Assembly: GCA_038214755.1 (NCBI GenBank)
Contig: JBBQRQ010000021.1
Coordinates: forward strand, 1 to 58,457
Reading direction: 5' to 3'
DNA length: 58,457 bases
From: Verrucomicrobiota bacterium
GTDB taxonomy: Bacteria; Verrucomicrobiota; Verrucomicrobiia; Limisphaerales; CANJXF01
Shown piece by piece: positions 9,900-19,706 of the stretch. The notes beneath the pieces were generated by a model, which saw only the letters and a list, made by a program, of their open reading frames with translations, searched no databases and had not been told where the DNA came from. How positions within the stretch are numbered: the first letter of the stretch is position 1; the number at the start of each line of letters is the position of its first letter. Made by a program: the position numbers and the translations under genes.

Positions 9900-12143
9900 A
9901 TGAACCAAGAAAGGTTTTCAATCTTGAATCGGACTTCCCAACGGTTAGCTCCATTTCTATTTGCCGCTTTTTTTGCCGCGGCCAATTCGTTCGGCGCCGA
10001 CAAGAAAAAGACCGAAATAAAAATTCGTTCCATTGATCCACAAGAAGCCGCGAAAGTCAGTTTCACTCGCGACATCCAACCGATTCTCATCAACACCTGC
10101 ACCGAATGTCATTCCGCCGAAGATCGCAAAAGCGATTTTGAAGTAACGACCGTCGCGACGTTGCAACAGAAAGGAAAGAAGGCCGGTTCGGGCGTAATCC
10201 CTGGCAAGCCCGATGAAAGTTCCGTGGTGAAATACATTCGCGGTCTCGCGGATGGGCCACAAATGCCGAAAGGCTCGCCTCCGTTAAGCGAAGAAGAACT
10301 GCATTTGATTCGTTCATGGATCGCCGCCGGCGCAAAAGATGATTCCGCTGAAATGGCAAAGGTTGGGAATACGAATGGCTCTTTCGGAAACTTAAAAGCT
10401 GATGCTCAAAAACTTTTGAATCGTCTCCTTTACGAAAATCTTTCCGCCGAAGAACGTTTCCTTTTGACCCGCCAATTTCGCGCCACGTTTTTACCGCCTG
10501 CGCCGAGGATTCCTGAAGTTCCCGTAGCCGCCGACGTGAGGAGGCGGAATGACTCGACAGCTAAAAATATTTCCAGTCCGCCTCCTCACGTCGGTGGCTA
10601 CGATGCAATTGACGCTTTCATTTTCGCCAAATGGAGCGACGTCAAATTACCCGAAGCAAAAAATCCTCCTCCACTTTGCGACGACTCGACTTTCATTCGT
10701 CGCATTTACCTCGATCTCATTGGTCTCATTCCTTCCGCCGACGCCGCGCAGAAATTTGTCGCGGACAAATCGCCCGACAAACGCGCGAAATTAATCGAAC
10801 AACTTTTGGCGCGCGCCGATGATTATGCCGCGCATTGGACGCCGTTTTGGGAAGAGGCGTTGTGCAGTTCGACGACTGATGTGAATGGCGGCATCGGTTC
10901 GCGCGGCAATAATCGCCAATGGATTTTTGACAGCTTCAAAACGAACAAGCCCTACGATTTATTCGTCGCCGAATTAATCGATCCAACCTTGCCCGGCTAT
11001 CGCGCGCCCAAAGCTTACACGCCGAATGAGCACCGAGTCATCTCCGGTTACATCAAGAGCGAGACGCACGAAGAGACGCTGCAAACTGCCGCGAACGTCA
11101 GCCAGGTTTTTCTCGGCACCGGAATGAAATGCGCGAGTTGTCACAGCCATTTTCTGAACAAGGAATGGCCGCAAGCGCGCTTCCTTTCCTTCGCCGGAAT
11201 GTTCGCGCCACACGACCTCGAACTGATTCGCTGCGAGAAAAAAAGCGGGCAAATCATTGCGGCAAAATTTCCATTCGATCTGCCGAACGCGCCATCCGAT
11301 GCGCCGAAAGATGAAACAAATCGTCTGCATCGCGTCGCGCAACTTCTGGTTGACCCCACGAATCCGCGTTTCGCCAAAGCGTTCGTCAACCGACTTTGGA
11401 AACGTTACCTCGGCCTCGGCTTGTTTGAGCCGATTGATGATTTCCGTCTCGACCAGCCGCCCAGCCATCCTGAATTGCTCGAATGGCTCGCGCAGGATTT
11501 CATTCGCAGCGGCTGCGATATCAAACACACCGTGCGCTTGATTTTGAACAGTCGCGCCTATCAACTCGCCTACAGTCCTGCGCTGGCCGATCACTTCGAG
11601 GCGCAGAAGCCGACTGAGCCGCGCTACTTCCGCTCCCCGTCGTTGCGCCGCCTGACCGCCGAGCAACTCATCGACAGCATCCGCGCTTCGACGACAAAAA
11701 ATTGGAAAAATGAAAGCCGCACCTACCTCGACAAATCGTCGTCGCCGCTTACGCGTACGCTCGGTCGTCCCGCCGCGCACAACGAAGTCAGCACGGGTCG
11801 CTCCGATGATGCCGCCGTGGTGCAATCACTCGAACTTTTGAACGGAACCGAACTTTATAAAATTATTTATTCCAGCGAAGCGCTGAACGAAATCGCCGGC
11901 GAGAAAAATTTAGAAAAGGCCGTCGATAAAATTTATTGGCTCGCCTTGAGCCGCGCGCCGAAAAAGGCCGAGCGCGATTTGGCTTTGAAATATTTGACCG
12001 CGAGCGAAGAAAACATTTCTCTAAAAAAGGAAGGCGCGGGTGATTCGTCGAAGGAAAGTGAACCCCAAAAACCAATGAAAGAAGCCGTTGGAGATTTGCT
12101 CTGGGCGCTGTTCGTCAGCCCGGAGTTTCAGTATCTTCATTGA
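9900..12143 (+). CDS. Planctomycete cytochrome c / DUF1549 / DUF1553 protein
   Basis: VSFTRDIQPIL..CTECH, FIRRIYLDLIG, CASCH, VNRLWKRYLG, PSHPELLEWLA, RRLTAEQLIDS, SPEFQYLH. Confidence 0.9.
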   Translation: MNQERFSILNRTSQRLAPFLFAAFFAAANSFGADKKKTEIKIRSIDPQEAAKVSFTRDIQPILINTCTECHSAEDRKSDFEVTTVATLQQKGKKAGSGVIPGKPDESSVVKYIRGLADGPQMPKGSPPLSEEELHLIRSWIAAGAKDDSAEMAKVGNTNGSFGNLKADAQKLLNRLLYENLSAEERFLLTRQFRATFLPPAPRIPEVPVAADVRRRNDSTAKNISSPPPHVGGYDAIDAFIFAKWSDVKLPEAKNPPPLCDDSTFIRRIYLDLIGLIPSADAAQKFVADKSPDKRAKLIEQLLARADDYAAHWTPFWEEALCSSTTDVNGGIGSRGNNRQWIFDSFKTNKPYDLFVAELIDPTLPGYRAPKAYTPNEHRVISGYIKSETHEETLQTAANVSQVFLGTGMKCASCHSHFLNKEWPQARFLSFAGMFAPHDLELIRCEKKSGQIIAAKFPFDLPNAPSDAPKDETNRLHRVAQLLVDPTNPRFAKAFVNRLWKRYLGLGLFEPIDDFRLDQPPSHPELLEWLAQDFIRSGCDIKHTVRLILNSRAYQLAYSPALADHFEAQKPTEPRYFRSPSLRRLTAEQLIDSIRASTTKNWKNESRTYLDKSSSPLTRTLGRPAAHNEVSTGRSDDAAVVQSLELLNGTELYKIIYSSEALNEIAGEKNLEKAVDKIYWLALSRAPKKAERDLALKYLTASEENISLKKEGAGDSSKESEPQKPMKEAVGDLLWALFVSPEFQYLH
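10524..10601. repeat. Palindromic element family C, in frame (26 codons)
   Basis: GTAGCCGCCGACGTGAGGAGGCGG...CCGCCTCCTCACGTCGGTGGCTAC; same arms occur intergenically at 16613-16676 and 28795-29092. Confidence 0.9.
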
Positions 12144-12326
12144 AGGAAGATAGGCTCGCGCCCTAAGTCATTTTTTCAACGCTGGCGAATAGACGCGGCA
12201 ATTACTCAACGAACAGGGCTTTTCCACCTATGCCCCCACGCCACCGGAAATTTTGCAGCCCGCACACCTGACCTCAGCCGAAGAAGTTTTTGCTGAAAGA
12301 TCAATCCTGCGTTCTGACTTGGGACC

Positions 12327-12641
12327 TCAGATCGCGAGTCGCTCCGCCAGAGAATCAAGAACACGATTCGTCTCCATTTCGGTCAGGACTCCGAGCTTGC
12401 GCTCCAGCTTGACGGTGGAGACGGATTGAATTTGTTGCAAATGGAACGCGCCGGGTTTTAGGAATGACTTGGGAATGGAAAGTTCCCAACGATTTCCGCG
12501 GAGTGAAGTCGTGTGCAAGAGAACAGTGACGAGATCAAGTTCTTCATCGGCGGGATTGCCGGTAAGCAGCAAGGCCGGGCGGACTTTGGCGGCCAGCCCG
12601 AAATCTACCATCCAGACCTCACCGGGGTTGAGGGCGGGCAT
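12327..12641 (-). CDS. PemK/MazF family toxin
   Basis: NPGEVWMVDFGLAAKVRPALLL..LHTTS..KLGVLT; paralogue of 8090-8404. Confidence 0.88.
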   Translation of the reverse strand: MPALNPGEVWMVDFGLAAKVRPALLLTGNPADEELDLVTVLLHTTSLRGNRWELSIPKSFLKPGAFHLQQIQSVSTVKLERKLGVLTEMETNRVLDSLAERLAI

Positions 12642-12807
12642 CTTCTTCCTCCATCCGGTCAAGCATCATTGCGCCTTCCAAGGCGGCTTGGTCGCACCAC
12701 GCCACAGCTTCATTTTCCGCCGCGAGTTCAACCATCTTCTGGCGCACCGCCCGCCGTTCCGCGTCGGTCAGTTTCGGCAGCTCATTCAGGATTTCGGTCG
12801 CGCTCAT
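12619..12807 (-). CDS. Putative antitoxin (small helical protein)
   Basis: 62 aa overlapping the toxin start; TAGTGT lies 6 nt before the ATG. Confidence 0.7.
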   Translation of the reverse strand: MSATEILNELPKLTDAERRAVRQKMVELAAENEAVAWCDQAALEGAMMLDRMEEEDARPQPR

Positions 12808-13021
12808 GGTGCAACACTATCTCGGCTGCGATTCTCTGACAAGCTCTCCGTTTCCGAATATCGGTTTGCGAGTTTCGCGCCCAGATTGCACGGGGGAAAT
12901 CGCGGCGTTGTCCGGCGTGGGTGAGATTTGACAAATCGTTGCAGCCAGCATTTGCCCCGTTGCCAATTTTGTTTTCCTGGAGCAAATTATTCGTCATCCT
13001 ACCGCTTGAGAGGAGAACCTT

Positions 13022-13471
13022 GTGAAAACAATTGAGCCAACCGAAACTTCCGAAATGGGAAAAGTCGTTACCAAAATCGATTTGCAAAATTGGGCGGACA
13101 TCGAAGCGGTCGCCGCAGGGTATCGCGACGAAGTTCCACGTAAAATTTCGGTCGATGCTTTGGTGGATACAGGCGCGACGAGTCTTTACCTGCAAAAATC
13201 GGTCATCAAAAAACTGGGTCTGCGCCCTATCCGCGAAGTGCAATCGCGCACCATGTCGGATCGTTTTGAGCGGCGGCAGGTTTATTCGCCAGTGAATTTG
13301 AAAATCGAAGGACGTGAGATGAACACCGATGTGATAGAAATTCCTGACACGTTGCCGAATCTGGTCGGACAAATTCCTTTGGAGTCGTTGGATTTCGTGG
13401 TGGATCTGCGTCTGCATAAATTGGTGCAAAACCCCGATCATCCCGACGGCCCGATGTGGGAAGAGTTTTGA
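13022..13471 (+). CDS. Clan AA (retropepsin-like) aspartyl protease
   Basis: ALVDTGAT motif and C-terminal LVGQIPLESLD; AGGAG before the GTG start. Confidence 0.85.
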   Translation: MKTIEPTETSEMGKVVTKIDLQNWADIEAVAAGYRDEVPRKISVDALVDTGATSLYLQKSVIKKLGLRPIREVQSRTMSDRFERRQVYSPVNLKIEGREMNTDVIEIPDTLPNLVGQIPLESLDFVVDLRLHKLVQNPDHPDGPMWEEF

Positions 13472-13534
13472 AAGCTCACCTGATTCGCTAATTCCCTCGT
13501 TGTTATTTCCGTCGTGTTGGAGCACGATTTGCCC

Positions 13535-13768
13535 ATGAGCTACATCGGCACAGTCAATGAAGATGGAGTTATTACCTTGCCACCCGAAGCGCAACTTTTG
13601 CCCGGCGTCCAAGTGCGCGTGGATGTAATTGTCTCGCGTCCGGCTTCGGAATTACCCATCGGAAAAAAACTTTTGGCGTTGAGTGGTAAGGTCAAGGGTT
13701 GGCCAGCGGATTTTGCTGAGAACCATGACCATTATCTCCACGGCACCCCCAAGCGTGGCAAGAAATGA
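13535..13768 (+). CDS. Putative VapB-type antitoxin (AbrB-like N-terminus)
   Basis: GTVNEDGVITLP..GVQVRV and DFAENHDHYLHG; ATGA overlap with the PIN gene. Confidence 0.75.
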   Translation: MSYIGTVNEDGVITLPPEAQLLPGVQVRVDVIVSRPASELPIGKKLLALSGKVKGWPADFAENHDHYLHGTPKRGKK

Positions 13769-14166
13769 AAGCCGTTTTCGCGGATACATTTTTCTTCATC
13801 GCGTTACTGAGCGAAAAAGACGCGGCGCATCATCCAGCCCAGGCATTCAGCGAAGACAACAATCGGCCTTTCGTGACGACGGCTTGGATTTTGACGGAAA
13901 TCGCCGATGGATGCGCCACGTCTCAACAACGCCGAGCGTTTCTTCAGTTACTTTCCTTACTTCGCGAATCAACGGATACAACGATTGTCCCATTCAGCGA
14001 GCAACTTTTTGAAAAGGGCATCGGGTTATTCGCGAAACGGTTGGACAAAGAATGGTCGCTGACGGACTGCATTTCATTTGTCGTGATGGAGGAGATGAGA
14101 TTAACGGAAGCACTCACGTCGGATCACCATTTTGAACAGGCCGGTTTTCGCGCACTGTTGAAGTAG
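13765..14166 (+). CDS. PIN-domain (VapC) toxin
   Basis: VFADTFFFIAL, TTAWILTE, SLTDCISF, ALTSDHHF. Confidence 0.92.
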   Translation: MKAVFADTFFFIALLSEKDAAHHPAQAFSEDNNRPFVTTAWILTEIADGCATSQQRRAFLQLLSLLRESTDTTIVPFSEQLFEKGIGLFAKRLDKEWSLTDCISFVVMEEMRLTEALTSDHHFEQAGFRALLK

Positions 14167-14220
14167 AATAATGGCACGGCGCAGGTTGAAATTCCACTCT
14201 TGCTGGCGTAAAAATTATAC

Positions 14221-15708
14221 ATGCCTTTATCTATTACTCGCCGAAAGTTTCTTCAGTCCAGTGCTCTCGCTACGGCTGGGTTGAGTCTATCGCCATTGGC
14301 ATTTGGCGCGGAAGAATCAGCCAAGCCAAAACTAAAACTCACGCCCAAAGCCGACGCGATGATTTTGATCTGGTTGCCGGGTGGGATGGCGCAGACGGAT
14401 ATGTGGGACCCAAAAAAATTCACGCCGTTCCGCGTCGGGATGAAAGGCAACGAATTGCTCGGCACGTGCAAATCGATTCCCACTTCGGCGGACGGAATTT
14501 TTCTCGGCGAAGGTTTGGAAGGCATCGCGTCGCAGATGCAGCACGGCGCGATTTTGCGCAGCCTGACGAGCGACACGAAGTTCGGCGCGGTGCATCTCAA
14601 GGCGCAATATTACGCGATGACCGGATTTCTTTTTCCGGCGGGCGTGAAAGCCCCGAGCATCGGTTCGGTCGTGGCGCGCTCGCTCGGACGCCGCGAGAAA
14701 ACTGTTCCGCCTTACATTTATATCGGGCGCGACATCGACACTTCCGATGAAGAAAAACTTTTTATCAGCGAGTACCTCGGCCCCGGTTTTTACGGAGTGA
14801 ACTACGCGCCATTCATGATTCCCGACCCGACGAAGGGTTTGGAAACTTTAAACGCGGTCGGCGGGATGAAAATGGATCGGCTGGATCGTCGGCAGGAATT
14901 GTTGAAGAAAATTACCGGCCTGAGCGCGAAGGAACTTCAAGACTCCGCCAAGGCGCAGGATTATTTGCAGGTGATGGATGAAGCGCGCGCCATGATGGAT
15001 TCTCCGGTGAAACGGGCATTCGATTTTGCGAAGGACGAAAAGCCCGAAGTGCTCGCGGCGTATCAGCCAAAGATCGCGGCGGAACAACAACTCGATCCCG
15101 CCTATTACAATGGAAGTCGTTTTGGAAATGGCCTGCTGCTTGCGCGGCGGCTCGTCGAGCGCGGCGCGCGTTTCGTGCAGGTGGAATATCAATATGGCCC
15201 GTTCAAAGGTTTCGACATGCACGAGAACGGCCAGAAGCGCATGGTCGAAATGAAAAAACAAATTGACGGCCCGATTGCGCAACTCATCAAAGACCTCAAC
15301 GAACGCGGCCTGCTCGAACGCACGCTCGTTTGCATCATGACGGAATTTGGCCGCACGATTGCCAGCGCGCCTGCTGCGGGAAAAGAAGCGGAAGGTTTCG
15401 CAGAAAAAAACACGGGCGCAAATCTCGTGATCGACAACGAAAAAATGTTCGGCTTCCACGGTCATTTCAGCAGTTGCAATTGCATGACTTTTTTCGGCGG
15501 CGGTTTCAAACGCGGTTTTGTTTACGGCAAAACGAAGGATGAACATCCGATGCTGGCCGTCGAACAACCGGTGAACCTCGACGACACAAGAGCGACGATT
15601 TTCAAAGCTCTGGGAATTCCGGCGGATCACAACTACGTCACTGAAAGCCGTCCGTTTTACGTGACGAAAGATGGAAAAGGTCAGGCGATCGATGCGTTGC
15701 TGGCGTGA
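14221..15708 (+). CDS. DUF1501 family protein (Tat signal)
   Basis: TRRKFL Tat motif, WLPGGMAQTDMWDPK, LLARRLVERGARFV, LIKDLNERGLLERTLV..EFGRT. Confidence 0.9.
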   Translation: MPLSITRRKFLQSSALATAGLSLSPLAFGAEESAKPKLKLTPKADAMILIWLPGGMAQTDMWDPKKFTPFRVGMKGNELLGTCKSIPTSADGIFLGEGLEGIASQMQHGAILRSLTSDTKFGAVHLKAQYYAMTGFLFPAGVKAPSIGSVVARSLGRREKTVPPYIYIGRDIDTSDEEKLFISEYLGPGFYGVNYAPFMIPDPTKGLETLNAVGGMKMDRLDRRQELLKKITGLSAKELQDSAKAQDYLQVMDEARAMMDSPVKRAFDFAKDEKPEVLAAYQPKIAAEQQLDPAYYNGSRFGNGLLLARRLVERGARFVQVEYQYGPFKGFDMHENGQKRMVEMKKQIDGPIAQLIKDLNERGLLERTLVCIMTEFGRTIASAPAAGKEAEGFAEKNTGANLVIDNEKMFGFHGHFSSCNCMTFFGGGFKRGFVYGKTKDEHPMLAVEQPVNLDDTRATIFKALGIPADHNYVTESRPFYVTKDGKGQAIDALLA

Positions 15709-15750
15709 CTGGTGGCCGACTTTTGTGACAGCGCGGATGACACCACCACC

Positions 15751-15833
15751 GGGTAGCATCTGCCTCTGGCGGGTGCGAAATTTCCAAGTCGATGAAGAGG
15801 TGAACTCGCACCCGCCAGAGGCAGATGCTACCC
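15751..15833. repeat. Palindromic element family D (GGGTAGCATCTGCCTCTGGCGGGTGCGA...)
   Basis: Perfect inverted arms; second copy at 50673-50830. Confidence 0.9.
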
Positions 15834-15876
15834 CGGTGGTTTTCAGTCCGCGCTCTCAAGAGACCCGGCTATGAGA

Positions 15877-16341
15877 TCACCACAAAAAAGATTTCTGCTC
15901 GGCGATTTGTTTGTCTCCCTCCCAAAGAGTCGCGCGCCACGCCACCAATTCCCCAAAATTTTTATAAGCTTCGTCGCGCAAAACCAGCGAAGACCAGGTG
16001 TTGAACCAACCCGTTTTTCGAATTGCGCTTTCTAAAACTTCGACGCGAATCTTGTCATTTTGACCACCCCGTGTTTCAAGGCGCAGGCGAAGATTTTTAT
16101 CCCGACGGTCGCCGGACCAAAGCACGTCAAATCGAATTCCAGCGCATTCGCGGGGATGGGTTCGCAAGTAAGCCTGATAGGCGTCGCGCTCGAAAAGGCT
16201 GGGAGAAATTGAGTTGCGACCTTTAGTGTCGATCAAATGCGGCAAAACTTTTTTGATGCGAAGAGGAGCCGACTCCGCCGCTGCGCAAAAAGTAATCGCC
16301 AGAAAAAGCAGCCCGCAAATTTTAATTCTTCGCGCGAACAC
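15877..16341 (-). CDS. Exported hypothetical protein
   Basis: Signal-peptide-like N-terminus from GTG 16341, with TATACT 6 nt upstream. The longer ORF-track start lies inside a repeat. Confidence 0.7.
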   Translation of the reverse strand: MFARRIKICGLLFLAITFCAAAESAPLRIKKVLPHLIDTKGRNSISPSLFERDAYQAYLRTHPRECAGIRFDVLWSGDRRDKNLRLRLETRGGQNDKIRVEVLESAIRKTGWFNTWSSLVLRDEAYKNFGELVAWRATLWEGDKQIAEQKSFLW

Positions 16342-16402
16342 ATCGCCAGTATAGGAAACGAGAATTGGGCAGCAATGAATTTCAATGGCGGTGGCCGCCG
16401 AC

Positions 16403-16609
16403 GGGCGCATCTCGCTTTCTTGCAATGTTCCTTTCGAATCTCATTAGCACCCGGCTTCAGCCGGGTGTTGAGGTCGCGAGGCCGGTTCAACCGTTTCAGG
16501 GGCTTGCTTCATGTGGGAAACCGCTGAAGCGGTTGAGGGTCGCAATCTGTTCCTGTTCACCCGGCTGAAGCCGGGTGCTAATGAGAGGTTGCCAGACTGA
16601 GATGCGCTC
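16403..16609. repeat. Palindromic element family E (GGGCGCATCTC...GAGATGCGCYC shell with CTCATTAGCACCCGGCT core)
   Basis: Three similar copies: 16403-16609, 28828-29046 and 55160-55367. Confidence 0.92.
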
Positions 16610-16612
16610 ACT

Positions 16613-16676
16613 GCCGACGTGAGGAGGCGGATTTCAGATGGAAAACCAGACTCCGCCTCCTCACGTCGGCGGCTAC
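16613..16676. repeat. Palindromic element family C
   Basis: GCCGACGTGAGGAGGCGG...CCGCCTCCTCACGTCGGCGGCTAC; its left tip GTGGCCGCCGAC lies at 16391-16402, before element E. Confidence 0.85.
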
Positions 16677-16711
16677 GAAAATACTTCTCTGAAATATTTC
16701 CCGATCCAACG

Positions 16712-19705
16712 TCACGGTTTTTTCTCAGGCGGCAAAGTGCTCGCGGGGGTCGGATTAGTTTTGTCCGGCGTGAACGCTTTTTTCATGGAGTGAAACGGGC
16801 GCAACGTCATCATCAAAAAGTTTGGGATATAAACCGGTTCACGTTCGGGATGGCTGAGTGTCCCGCTGACTTTATATTCAAAAAGTTTGCTGAGCGGAGT
16901 TAACGCCAAACTCACCAGGCGACCGATGACCCATGTGTCCCGCAAAAGTTCAGCCTCAACTCGGCCCTCAATCCGCTGCTCGAAATCCACTCTGCCGCGA
17001 TATTGCATTCGCAAACTGGGCGCGCGGATTTCCATATCGTCGGAGGAGATATTGCCATCGCCAACCAGAAACGTCGCAGAAGCTTCACGGGCGCGGCTGT
17101 GTCCAGCTCCCGGGACAATGGCATTTAAAATTGGCGAAAAAATTCCGAACAACGGAACGTCCCAGAGCAATCCGTCGCGCACGTTGACGCGGCCGTGCCC
17201 GCGCAAAGTTTTTAAATCGCGGGTGTTGCCGGATGCCAAAGTCATTTGCCCGTGGAGAATTCCCTCGAGACGATTGGTTTTTTTCTCCAGACTTTTTACG
17301 GCGCTTTGCAAATCAATATCCGCGACCGCCAGATCGAAACGATACTCCGCGCCTTCGTCCGGCTGGAATTGAAAATAACTCCAACCCACGGCGTGACCGT
17401 GATAGATGCCGGCGTCCAGGTTGGTAATAAGCAGCGTGAGACCGACCCAATCCACCTGGCCGGAAATTTTGTCGGCGACAAAACGCATCCATTCGAATTG
17501 CGTTCCCTGGACGAGAAAATGCAAATCGGCCTCTTCAATTTTTCCGATGGTGAACCCGCCGTTAACCCGAATTGCGGGCGGTTCGGAAAAGCGATACGGC
17601 GCGAGAGTGGCCGCGACTTTTTTTCCAATCAAGCCGGCGACGAGATAGGGATCGACCGTGCTGTAAAGATTCGTGAAAAAAAGTCTTTTCGTCGGAAAGT
17701 CCAGGCTGATTTCCGGGGTCGAAACAATTTTCCCGGCGCTTTCGAGGCTTAACTTTTCAGCGCGAAGATGTTGGTTGGTCAGTTGCAAAGAACTGGTGAG
17801 TTTATCAATCAAATTGCCACGGTAGGAAAAATTGTTGAGCGCAATTTCTCCTTCGCCAGACAGTTGGCTGATTTCGTTCCAATGGCCTTTTAGCTCCGCG
17901 CGAATTTTCGGCGGCGTGGTGAATTTAAAATCATCCAGCACGCGCTGCTGCGGTTCTCCCAACAACTGACGAATGGCTTTCGGATCAATTTCACTCTGAA
18001 TACGCCAGTGAAAATCATGCGCTCGATCGCTCGCCACCAAAGTTAATTCCGCGCCGCCTTCCGGTCGCTTCACTCGCAGATGGGGCAAAGTCCAAACGCG
18101 ATTCGAGTAGGTGAAATCAGTTTTTGCAGAATCGACTGGCACGTCACGATAACTGCCGCGCTCAACGGAAACCTGCCCCTCCATCTCCAATGTCGGTAAA
18201 ACTTCTTCCCGCCAATTCGCCGCGTGATTCGTCCACGCGGGCAATATGACGTGCAATTCGCCACCGAGCTGAGGCGGTTTTTCCCAGGTGTATTTCGCGA
18301 GCCACCGTTGGCCGAATGGCGTGAGCAGCGGAGAAATTTTTTGGACATCGAAATCGGAAGATCCTTTTACGCCGGCTTCGCGCGTCGCGACATTGAGTAT
18401 TCCTTTCGCGGCGATTTCACCCTCAAAAAGTTCGGCGTTCAAATCTGCAATACGCAACTCAGGCGCAAGCCACGAGCCAGCGCTGGAAAGTTTTTCGATC
18501 TGCAACCTGGGCGTTTCGATTCCAATGAGGCGCATTTCCCAGTGGCCGAGAAATGGTTCTGCCTTCTGCCAACCCGCCCACGTCTCGTCGGCCCGTTTTG
18601 GCGCGGTGTTGGTGGCCGCCGAAAAAATAATTTCAGCGGACTCGGCTTTGCCCCATTTCGTTTCGGCAGAGAGCAATTGGGTTTTTCCTCTGATGTTGCT
18701 CGGAATGAGATTGGTCAGCGATTGCTCAGTGCGACCAGCGAATTGGATCGACGCCGTCTGGCCCAATTCGGCGTGAAGTTGTTTTGCGGAAATTTTTAAT
18801 TCCGTGGCAAAAGTAGCGTTGGTCAACGGGCTGGAAAGTTTGGCGATTCCGTTGAAATTGGAGGCGCTGCCCCACGGCGTCCGCGCGGAATTTATTCTGA
18901 CGCGAATAAAATTATTTTCTCCCGGCGTTTCCCAATCCTGAATCCTCGCTGTGACGGAAAGATTGGTCCCCGCGCCCCACGGTGTCGCGATTTCGGCTGT
19001 GGAAAAACGAAGCAAGGCACGAATACTTTTGGGATCGGCGGCGTCACCGGCCAGATCGAGAGTTAGCTTGGAATTTCCCGCCAGATGAATCTTTTCCATG
19101 GTTTCAGCGAATCGATCCAGTGCGCCTTTGCCTTCTCTTTTTTTGCGGGGCTGGAAAATTTTCCACTGACGCGCGTCGGCAAAATTGGTGACGGTTCCGG
19201 AAATTTTTAAGGGGACATCCGCGAAGTCGCCTTCGAGTTGTTCAAAGCGAATTTCGTTTTCAGAGGGGAATTCGATTCGCGCCGCAATGTTACTGAACGA
19301 GAGGCTGGTGTGATTGGTTTTTGAAATCGGCCAGACGAAGATTCCTTTTTTGACGGTGACCGAGTTCAAATGGACACGGGAGTCGAGCAACGAACGCAGG
19401 TCGAGATTCACGTCGGTCTCAACGAAAGAAAATTGTGGCTGCGCCGACGACTTCAAAAAAGTTAACGCAGCGTCGTCCACCACGATGCCGCGATGCCAAT
19501 GCCAGCGCGCGCGCGTGAAATTCAATTGCACTCCTTTCGCGTGCAGTTGGGCGAGCAAGGGGCGCTTCAAAAAATCGGGCAGGCCAACCTTGCGGAGATA
19601 GATTCCAAAAGCCGCGACCACGAGCACCGCGACCAACAGCAAGAGCGCGCACCAAAAACAAATTCGACGCAAACGAAATGGGCGGCGTTGAACGGGTTTT
19701 GCCAT
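16712..19705 (-). CDS. AsmA-like / YhdP-like protein
   Basis: About 1000 aa, one N-terminal TM helix, beta-rich repeats and an AsmA-type C-terminus (GRVDFEQRIEG..LFEYKVSGTLSHP). Confidence 0.75.
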   Translation of the reverse strand: MAKPVQRRPFRLRRICFWCALLLLVAVLVVAAFGIYLRKVGLPDFLKRPLLAQLHAKGVQLNFTRARWHWHRGIVVDDAALTFLKSSAQPQFSFVETDVNLDLRSLLDSRVHLNSVTVKKGIFVWPISKTNHTSLSFSNIAARIEFPSENEIRFEQLEGDFADVPLKISGTVTNFADARQWKIFQPRKKREGKGALDRFAETMEKIHLAGNSKLTLDLAGDAADPKSIRALLRFSTAEIATPWGAGTNLSVTARIQDWETPGENNFIRVRINSARTPWGSASNFNGIAKLSSPLTNATFATELKISAKQLHAELGQTASIQFAGRTEQSLTNLIPSNIRGKTQLLSAETKWGKAESAEIIFSAATNTAPKRADETWAGWQKAEPFLGHWEMRLIGIETPRLQIEKLSSAGSWLAPELRIADLNAELFEGEIAAKGILNVATREAGVKGSSDFDVQKISPLLTPFGQRWLAKYTWEKPPQLGGELHVILPAWTNHAANWREEVLPTLEMEGQVSVERGSYRDVPVDSAKTDFTYSNRVWTLPHLRVKRPEGGAELTLVASDRAHDFHWRIQSEIDPKAIRQLLGEPQQRVLDDFKFTTPPKIRAELKGHWNEISQLSGEGEIALNNFSYRGNLIDKLTSSLQLTNQHLRAEKLSLESAGKIVSTPEISLDFPTKRLFFTNLYSTVDPYLVAGLIGKKVAATLAPYRFSEPPAIRVNGGFTIGKIEEADLHFLVQGTQFEWMRFVADKISGQVDWVGLTLLITNLDAGIYHGHAVGWSYFQFQPDEGAEYRFDLAVADIDLQSAVKSLEKKTNRLEGILHGQMTLASGNTRDLKTLRGHGRVNVRDGLLWDVPLFGIFSPILNAIVPGAGHSRAREASATFLVGDGNISSDDMEIRAPSLRMQYRGRVDFEQRIEGRVEAELLRDTWVIGRLVSLALTPLSKLFEYKVSGTLSHPEREPVYIPNFLMMTLRPFHSMKKAFTPDKTNPTPASTLPPEKKP

Positions 19706-19706
19706 G

